Of a stretch of 64,000 nucleotides of DNA, positions 57,010 through 64,000 are shown one piece after another. The stretch's first letter is position 1; each line of letters opens with the position of its first letter. The DNA comes from an uncultured delta proteobacterium. Its GTDB lineage: Bacteria > Desulfobacterota > Binatia > Binatales > Binataceae. The position numbers and the translations under genes are program-made. The stretch is from positions 137,815-201,814 of the forward strand of contig CAWFAJ010000002.1 in assembly GCA_963813785.1 (NCBI GenBank), in the 5' to 3' direction. The notes under the pieces were generated by a model that ran no database searches, was not told the origin of the DNA, and was given only the letters and a program-made list of their open reading frames with translations.

Positions 57010-59309
57010 TCGGGGTTTCGCTCTCGTACCGTGCGGCGGGCGAAGCCTTTGGAGCGGCGCTTCTTGACCTTGACCGCTTCGGTCTGTCGCGTCTCCGCGA
57101 AATCTATCATCGCCTGCTGGCAGGCGGGGGCTGCGTCCGCGGCCGCGGTCCTGACGTAGGTGCCGTCAGCCTGCATTTCCCACTGGCATCGATTGGGCCG
57201 CAACTGGAGATCGAGCACGATGCGCAACTCCTTGCGCAGTTGAGGATCCTCGACCGGCGCGACGACTTCGACGCGGCTTTCAAGATTGCGCTTCATGCAA
57301 TCGGCGGAGCCGATGAAAAACTCCTCCGCTCCGCCATTGCGAAAATAAAAGATGCGGCCGTGTTCGAGGAACCGGCCAACAATGCTCACCACGCGCACGT
57401 TTTCCGACAGCCCCTGGATTCCCGGGCGCAGCCTGCAGGTGTCGCGGACTATCAGGTCAACCTTCACGCCCGCTTGCGAGGCGCGATAAAGCGCCCGCGT
57501 GATGTCCACGTCCTCGAGCGCGTTCATCTTGAACTGAATCAACCCGGGTGACGCCGCCGAACTGAGCTTGATTTCGCGGTCGATTCGCGCCAACAGCGCG
57601 CGCTTGAGCACGGTCGGAGCCGGCAGGATTTTGCGATAGGGACGATCCGGCATGTAGCCGGTCGTCAGGTAGTTGAACAACTCGGTCAGGTCTTCGCCGA
57701 TAGTACCGTCGCAAGTCAGAAGTCCGTAGTCGGCATAAAATCTCGCCGTCCCGGGATGATAGTTGCCGGTGCCGATGTGTGCGTAACGGCGCAGACCGTT
57801 GTAGTCCTGGCGAACGACCAGGATCACCTTGCTGTGAGTCTTCAGACCCACGACCCCATAGGTTACGTGAATTCCGAACTCCTCGAGCCTGGTCGCAAAC
57901 TGGATGTTCGCAGCTTCGTCGAAGCGCGCCTTCAACTCGACCACCACCGCCACCTGCTTGCCGTTGCGCGCCGCGTCGCACAGGTAGCTGATGATTTTCG
58001 AGTCGGGCGAGGTCCGATACAGCGTCATCTTGATCGCGCGGACCTTCGGGTCGTCCGCGGCTTCGCGCAAAAACCGCTCCACCGAAGTCGAGAACGACTC
58101 ATACGGATGCAGCAGCAGGAACGAACCGGCGTCGCGAATGACGTGGAAGATGCTGCGGCCGACGGTGAGCCGCGGATGATCCACCGGATGATGCGGCGGA
58201 TCGTGCAGCGCGGGCGCGTCGAGCGCCGCAAGCTCTCCCAGGTCGCGCATCGCAAGCATCCCGTCCACTTCGAACACGTCGGCGCGTTCGTCCAGTCCAA
58301 GTTCCGCGGCCAGCATTCCGCGATGAACCGGATTCATTCCGCTCAGCACTTCGAGCCGCACGATTGGGGCGAAGCGCCGGTCGCGCAGCTCGGATTCGAT
58401 CAGCGCCAGCAGGTCGTCGGCCTCGTCCTCGTCGCGCTCCGTGTTGGCGTTGCGCGTAACCCGAAAAAGCTCGTACGAGTCGATCAGCATCGAGGGAAAC
58501 AGCAGATCGAGATTGTTCGCGACGACGTCCTCGAGCCGGACAAAATCACTTTGATTGCCGACCCGCAGAAAGCGCGGGATTCCGAACCCGATTGGCACCT
58601 TCACCCGCGCCATCAGAGGGTCCGAGTCGTTCTGGTAACGCGCCGTGACCAGCAGGTTGAGCGACAGATTCGAAACGAACGGGAACGGATGCGCAGGATC
58701 CATCGCCTGCGGCGTCACCAGCGGGAAAATGTTCTTGTAGTAATACTCGCGGATCGACTTGCGCTGGTCGGCCGAGAGGCTCGTGTACGGACGCACGCGA
58801 ATGCCGTAGTTCTCGAGCTGGCTGAGAATTCGCGGACCAAGCTCGCGCTGCCGCTGCTCGAGCTCGCGCACCACCAGGTAACACTCCGCGATCTGTTGTT
58901 GCGGCGTGCGCCCGTCAACGGTCAGCTCATGCATCCCCGCGACGACCTGCTGCTTCAGGCCGCCGATGCGCTTCATGAAAAACTCGTCGAGGTTGGACGC
59001 GGTAATCGCGAGAAACTTGAGCCGCTCGAGCAGCGGATTTCGTTCGTCTTCCGCTTCATGCAGAACGCGTCGATTGAACGCGAGCCAGGTGAGCTCGCGA
59101 TTGAGGAACAGGTCGGACGAGGCAAGCTCCTTGTCGATTCGCACCGCCGGCGTCTTCTCGGGCGCCGCAACCGGCCCGTCAACGATAGCCGCCACTGGCG
59201 ACGAATCGACCAGTACTCCATTTTGAGGCGCCGGCGCATCCGCAACGGTCGGCGCGGCAACTATCGCGGGAGTATCCGCCTGGTTCCCCATATGCTCATC
59301 CGGTCCCAT
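57006..59309 (-). CDS. ppk: Polyphosphate kinase 1.
   Basis: Canonical PPK1 N-terminus (LFLNRELTWLAFNRRVL) and PLD-like C-terminal domains. Confidence 0.9.
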   Translation of the reverse strand: MGPDEHMGNQADTPAIVAAPTVADAPAPQNGVLVDSSPVAAIVDGPVAAPEKTPAVRIDKELASSDLFLNRELTWLAFNRRVLHEAEDERNPLLERLKFLAITASNLDEFFMKRIGGLKQQVVAGMHELTVDGRTPQQQIAECYLVVRELEQRQRELGPRILSQLENYGIRVRPYTSLSADQRKSIREYYYKNIFPLVTPQAMDPAHPFPFVSNLSLNLLVTARYQNDSDPLMARVKVPIGFGIPRFLRVGNQSDFVRLEDVVANNLDLLFPSMLIDSYELFRVTRNANTERDEDEADDLLALIESELRDRRFAPIVRLEVLSGMNPVHRGMLAAELGLDERADVFEVDGMLAMRDLGELAALDAPALHDPPHHPVDHPRLTVGRSIFHVIRDAGSFLLLHPYESFSTSVERFLREAADDPKVRAIKMTLYRTSPDSKIISYLCDAARNGKQVAVVVELKARFDEAANIQFATRLEEFGIHVTYGVVGLKTHSKVILVVRQDYNGLRRYAHIGTGNYHPGTARFYADYGLLTCDGTIGEDLTELFNYLTTGYMPDRPYRKILPAPTVLKRALLARIDREIKLSSAASPGLIQFKMNALEDVDITRALYRASQAGVKVDLIVRDTCRLRPGIQGLSENVRVVSIVGRFLEHGRIFYFRNGGAEEFFIGSADCMKRNLESRVEVVAPVEDPQLRKELRIVLDLQLRPNRCQWEMQADGTYVRTAAADAAPACQQAMIDFAETRQTEAVKVKKRRSKGFARRTVRERNPD

Positions 59310-59466
59310 CCTGCCCCAAGCATTCTAGCCGCCCGCGCGGTCTATTGCCTATCCCGGCCGCCGCCGAGAAATATGTGAGTATTTCCGCGGTGTTATAGGA
59401 TGTCGATTTGTTATCGACGCATCGATTGTGCGATTCTTCTGACTGGTTTTTCACCCCGGTGCCAGC

Positions 59467-60654
59467 ATGAATGATTATTTGTATGAAGTCGCACGCCGGC
59501 TGGTCGCGTTCGACACGGTCAGCGCAAAAAGCGATCTCGACGCGATGGAATACATCGCAACCGAGCTCGGACCGCGGGGATTCAAAACCGCGCTTCAACC
59601 GGTCGAGTTGTTCGGGGTCTCGCAGGCCAACCTGGTCGCATGGGTTGGACCGCCGCGCGCCGACGGCCTGATAATTTCAGGTCACGTGGACACCGTTCCC
59701 TACGACGGGCAGCCAGGATGGGAGCGGGAGCCGCTCAAACTCGAACCCGCGGGAGAGAGAATTTACGGCCGCGGCACCACCGACATGAAAGGATTCATCG
59801 CGCAATGCCTCGACGCGGCGCGCACCCTCGATTCAGCCAGGCTCAAACGCCCCTTGGTATTCGTGTTCACCGCGAGCGAGGAAGTCGGTTGTCTCGGAGC
59901 TCGCAGCGTCGCGCCGGCCCTCAAACAAATTCTGGGCGACACGCCGGTCCCGCGGCTGGCGTGGATCGGCGAGCCGACCTCGTACGCAGTGTGTCACGCG
60001 CACAAGAGCATCGTTGCATTCGAGGTGAGCGTCCGCGGCATCGGAGGCCATAGCGGCGCACCGGCCAGGGGCGTCAACGCGATTGCCGTGATGGCGCGCG
60101 TGATCGACACGATCGGCCGTTTTCAGCAGGAGTTGGCGGCGCGCCGGCCTGCTCAATATGCGGCAATTTTTCCCGACGCGCCGTGCGACGTGCTGAATTT
60201 TGGAACGGTGCAGGGCGGAATCGCACTCAACATGATCGCCGAGGAATGCAAGCTGCGCGTCAGCTATCGCACGCTGCCCAACGCCGATCCGCTCGACGTT
60301 TACCGTGAGATCGGGCGCCGGCTCGACGCGCTCGACGGCCTCGACTATGCGGGCCGCGAGCATCGCGCGAAAATTGAAGTCGGGCTTTTGAACGTCGTGC
60401 CTCCACTGGACTCACCGCGCGGGACGGCTCTGGAAGCCGCGCTGTTCGACGCAAGCGGCGCGAACACGTCGGGCGGCGCGGTCTACGCCACCGACGGCGG
60501 ATGGTTCACCGGCTCGGGGATCACGTCGCTCATCTGTGGGCCCGGCGATCTCGAACAGGCGCATCAGCCCAACGAGCACATTCGCCGCGACGCCTTCGAC
60601 CGCGGCCCGGCGATGATTCACAAAGTCGTCGAACGCCTGTGCTGCGCCGCGTGA
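59467..60654 (+). CDS. M20-family metallopeptidase (ArgE/DapE-like deacylase).
   Basis: Metal-binding motifs HVDTV, GRGTTDMKG and SEEVG. Confidence 0.85.
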   Translation: MNDYLYEVARRLVAFDTVSAKSDLDAMEYIATELGPRGFKTALQPVELFGVSQANLVAWVGPPRADGLIISGHVDTVPYDGQPGWEREPLKLEPAGERIYGRGTTDMKGFIAQCLDAARTLDSARLKRPLVFVFTASEEVGCLGARSVAPALKQILGDTPVPRLAWIGEPTSYAVCHAHKSIVAFEVSVRGIGGHSGAPARGVNAIAVMARVIDTIGRFQQELAARRPAQYAAIFPDAPCDVLNFGTVQGGIALNMIAEECKLRVSYRTLPNADPLDVYREIGRRLDALDGLDYAGREHRAKIEVGLLNVVPPLDSPRGTALEAALFDASGANTSGGAVYATDGGWFTGSGITSLICGPGDLEQAHQPNEHIRRDAFDRGPAMIHKVVERLCCAA

Positions 60655-60713
60655 TTTACTGAACTGAAATAGGTATTCGAAGTTCGAACGACGATTCGAT
60701 CGCGACCCCGTTG

Positions 60714-61457
60714 TTATTGCACCGCGATGGGAATCCGGAGGTCGAATTCGGACGCCACCGGAATGCCATCGCGGGTGGCGGGGAAGAATTTCCAGGTTCG
60801 CAGGCTGGCGAGGATGACCTGGTTCAGGCGCGGATTTGAAGTCGGTTGCACCAGCGTGACCTGAACCTGACCTTCACGGTCGACGACGAAGTGGGCGATC
60901 GCAAGCGCCGAAAAAATGTTCTCGCGAAGATCGTCGGGGATCTGCGGAGTCGGGGCATACAGGGCGCGCGCGCCGATGCTCTCGGAGGCGCTACCTTCGG
61001 GCGAGCCGCCGCCTGCGCCGCTTGGTTCGCTCTCACTGGGAACAGTGGCTCGCCCGAGGGAGATTCCTCCCACGGTGGAAGCGGGAAGCGCGTCTGGTTG
61101 GGGATTCAGCGCCGCCGCCGGCGCAGGCGCCGGCGCGGTTATCATGCGCGGCTTGATAGCCGCGAGAGTCTTGCGGTGCGCAGGGTGGAGTATCGGCGCG
61201 ATGGGTATCGGCTTGGCCGGCTCCGCCGGCGGCGGCTCGACGAGGATAGCTTCGACCGCCGTCGTGCGCGGCGGCGCGATGGGGCGCTGCGAGATAAGTA
61301 TCTCGCCAAATCCCGCGAGCATCAGGGCGCACGACGACACGGATGCGACAATGGAGACAGCAAATTGGCGCCAGTGGTTCTGGAAGACCAGACGATCGTC
61401 GTCATCCCAAACCACGAGATCATTTTGGTTAATGTCGAACTGTTGCGCGAGTTTCAT
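60714..61457 (-). CDS. tonB: TonB-family energy transducer (Pro-rich linker plus C-terminal TonB domain).
   Basis: N-terminal TM, Pro/Ala-rich spacer, and a C-terminal TonB_C-like region. Confidence 0.75.
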   Translation of the reverse strand: MKLAQQFDINQNDLVVWDDDDRLVFQNHWRQFAVSIVASVSSCALMLAGFGEILISQRPIAPPRTTAVEAILVEPPPAEPAKPIPIAPILHPAHRKTLAAIKPRMITAPAPAPAAALNPQPDALPASTVGGISLGRATVPSESEPSGAGGGSPEGSASESIGARALYAPTPQIPDDLRENIFSALAIAHFVVDREGQVQVTLVQPTSNPRLNQVILASLRTWKFFPATRDGIPVASEFDLRIPIAVQ

Positions 61458-61732
61458 CGGCTAGATGCCTGACCGGCAAGCAGATCCGATCGCAGGCCGC
61501 GATAAAGGGCTCGGCGCGGCCCGAGTTCGTTCAACCGCTTCTCGAGTTCGACCCACGAAAATCCGAACGTCTCGACCAGCTCCGCGAGTGCCGCCGGCAG
61601 CCGCAGGCATCGTGCATAGAGCACGGCCCGGTCGATGATGATCGCGATTGCGAGAACGCCCAGCGCCAGCAGCGGATATACCATCGCGCCGCCGAACTTG
61701 ATCGCGTTCCACGCTACTAATAGTTCCTGCAT
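61454..61732 (-). CDS. ExbB/TolQ-like N-terminal fragment (92 aa; only the first TM region) overlapping the tonB start; possibly a truncated exbB.
   Basis: MVYPLLALGVLAIAIIIDR resembles the ExbB N-terminus. Much too short for a full MotA/TolQ/ExbB, and no exbD is present. Confidence 0.4.
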   Translation of the reverse strand: MQELLVAWNAIKFGGAMVYPLLALGVLAIAIIIDRAVLYARCLRLPAALAELVETFGFSWVELEKRLNELGPRRALYRGLRSDLLAGQASSR

Positions 61733-61778
61733 TAATCAGTTCTCCTTGCGATCTGACGCCCGGCACCCGAGTTGCGTT

Positions 61779-63990
61779 TCATGGCGCCTGCACACTGGCG
61801 GGTTTTGTGAATGGAAGCTCCCATTTTATCCCGCCGTATAACGCCCGGCGCGGTCCGTACTGCGCCGCGAATATTCCGATGCCCGTGCCGTTGCGAATCT
61901 GGTAAGTACGATCGTTCATATTCACGATCGCGGTGCGAAATTCGAGCACGCCTCGATTGTTGGGTAGCGGTACGCGCCGCGTGATACCCGCATCGACCTG
62001 GATGTAGTACGGCAGGTTGCCGGTATTCGCGAATCCGGATCTGAGTCCGCTTCCGTAGATCCCATCGATGCTGAACGCGAATCCGCGCCAGTTGTAAACG
62101 GCGCCGGCGGAATTGGTGAACGTCTGGTCGTGATCCAGAAAGATATAGTGACTGCTGATGTACTTCAGTTCGTCGGGCGCGAAGTTGAATTGCCCCGACT
62201 CCACCTGCGTGCCCTGCGCGACGCTATAGGCGAAGTTATTGTAGGCGTAAAAGTTTTCGCGAGTGTATGAACCCGTGAACTCGACGCCCCAAACGCGCCC
62301 CTTGGCGTAGTTGAATGTTTCGTAGATAAGCGCCGGCCCGAACTGCCCCTCGTCGATAAGATCGGTGGCCTTCTTGTAATAGGAATCGATGCCGACGTTC
62401 AGCCCGGGAATAATGTCCTGGGTCACTCCCACGTCAAACAAATGGTCGCGCTCCACCGTCGGAGTGCCGTTGCCCTTCGAAGCAGGGGCCCCTGTAGTGC
62501 CTCCAAGCTGCTTGATATCGCTGACCGACACCAGTTCGGTCTCGGGAGGCGTCATCTGACGGGCATAGCCGGCGTGCAGCGTCGTTCCCTTGAACGGAGT
62601 GTACACCAGCGCAACGCGGGGACTGGCCTGGTCCGCTCGCACCAGCCCGTCGTACAGGTCGAAGCGGACTCCATAATTAAACGTCAGTTGTTTTGTCAGC
62701 TTCCATTCGTCCTGGAGGTAAGCGCTGTAAATCCAGGTCTGCAGCGCGAGGTCGTCAACGAACGAAATGGGGATAGGCGACGATTGCACGCCGCCAACTG
62801 CCGGAAAGGTCGACTCATGATTGTCGATCTCGGCGCGCTCGGCGTCGAAATACCCGCCCAGCCGAAAAGTATGATCGGTAACGCCATGATAAGCCGTGTC
62901 GATCTGAAAACCGTTGCCCCAGTCGCTGCGAAAAACTCTCGCCGACGGCGCCGTTATAAATCAGGTCGCCCGTGTGGTCCGGATTGAACGTAACCGCCGA
63001 GTAACGGCTGAACGGCGCAATCTGGTAATCGAAATACTCGCCAACGGTGCCCTGTAGCGCCAGCACGTTGAAGTAGTTTTGCTCGAACTGGTTCTCGCGG
63101 ACTTTAGCCGACGGATAGACCGGCACGCCTGCCAGCGCGAAGACCTGCGGTTGGTTCGGATTCGCGGGAATCTGAAAGTGATTGATCGCAGTTCCCGTGA
63201 TCAAGCTCAGCCGCGTCGTCGAACTCAGCAAATACGAAAAGTACCCGAACCCGGATCCCTGGTTGCTGGTATCGTGAATCGCCGTGGGCCCGGACGTCGG
63301 CGGCTCAACTCCTCGATCGGTGCCGAGGTATTGTCCCGTCACGAAGTAGCTGAAGTTGCCCTTCGAGCCGCCGTACTCGAAGCTCGGCTGCGTGGTGCCG
63401 CGCTGCCCGCCGTAGAAATCGACATCGGCCAGGTTGTCGAGCAGCCCGTCCTTGGTCTTGATGTCGATGATTCCTGCGGTTCGCAGGCCGAACTGCGCCG
63501 GCAGCACACCCGTCAGCAGGCTGATCGATTGCGCAAAGCGTGGACTCAGCACTTGCCCGAAGCCCGTAATACCCTCAGGAAGCTGTACGCCATTTATCCG
63601 GTATTGAAGATTGGCATGATCTCCGCGCACGTGGAGCTGTCCGTACGAATCCTGCGCGACGCCCGGCGCCTGCAGTATCACCTGGTTCAGAGGAGTATTC
63701 GCGCCCTGCGGCAGTTGCTGGATCGCCTTGCTGCTGAAGGTGTATTTGCTGCCGCCGGTGTCCGGCGACAAGGAGTTGCGCGCCTTGTCCAGTCGCGTCG
63801 CCGCGACCGCGAGGCTGACCGATTTCTCCGCTTCCATCGCGAGCACAACCGGCGCGGCGCCCTTCGTCGAGACTGTCACGATCGCAGTCGCCGTCTTGAA
63901 TCCTTCCTTGGTCGCCACGACCGCATAGGTGCCGCGCGCCACCGCGATGAACGAGAATTCACCGCCATCGTTGCTCGAGGAATGAGCCAC
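61779..63990 (-). CDS. TonB-dependent outer-membrane receptor with an N-terminal carboxypeptidase-regulatory-like domain. The frame is broken near 62930-62950 (two ORFs, 62815..63990 and 61779..62789). The 5' end probably runs off the window.
   Basis: CarbopepD_reg-like start, plug and barrel motifs (DEWKLTKQLTFNYGVRFD). The upstream ORF begins on GTG 10 nt from the window edge. Confidence 0.75.
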
Positions 63991-64000
63991 GACGCGCCCG

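Noticed and set aside
62442-62987. Plus-strand ORF spanning the TonB-dependent receptor frameshift region
   Set aside because: It is antisense to the receptor gene. It probably only appears because the two receptor ORFs are separated by a frame break.

Overview
This window is a high-GC (about 65-70%) Gram-negative bacterial chromosomal segment. TonB, a TonB-dependent receptor, LpxH-like and LdtD-like genes are all present. Most of it is ordinary core or housekeeping content (proS, trpS, nfo, nadK, recN, tRNA-Ala, eno, ppk1, pabAB and pabC, ABC peptide transporter, peroxiredoxin, and envelope glycosylation genes).

The anomalous part is roughly 23.0-33.3 kb, inserted between a CoA-transferase gene and pabC. 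That stretch holds two near-identical 475-bp direct repeats, each carrying a tRNA-like 3' fragment. It also has a degenerate lower-GC pseudogene zone that grades into a 1.4-kb almost pure A/G (homopurine) tract. Finally it holds a 3.3-kb frameshifted gene for a huge secreted NHL-repeat protein. Diverged scars of the flanking genes are duplicated at both junctions.

Other observations worth follow-up:
- A canonical fluoride (crcB-motif) riboswitch plus terminator drives a DUF190 + 4xCBS fusion gene and crcB, and it lies divergent to enolase.
- A family of palindromic REP/MITE-like elements (GCAGGGG..CCCCTGCACCC) occurs in at least four copies, two of them bracketing pabC.
- The archaeal-type proS has a +1 frameshift that splits its C-terminal Zn-ribbon.
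- There is a single-chain BC-BCCP-CT acyl-CoA carboxylase of 1148 aa.
- A sulfatase/LtaS-like gene is bracketed by 285-bp direct repeats.
- An aldehyde-dehydrogenase N-terminal stub has been replaced by an aldolase-kinase operon.
- A 22-bp motif is shared upstream of ldt and gst.

I found no CRISPR array, no integrase or transposase, and no recognisable defence-system genes. Coordinates are from manual codon walking and are typically within a few bases.
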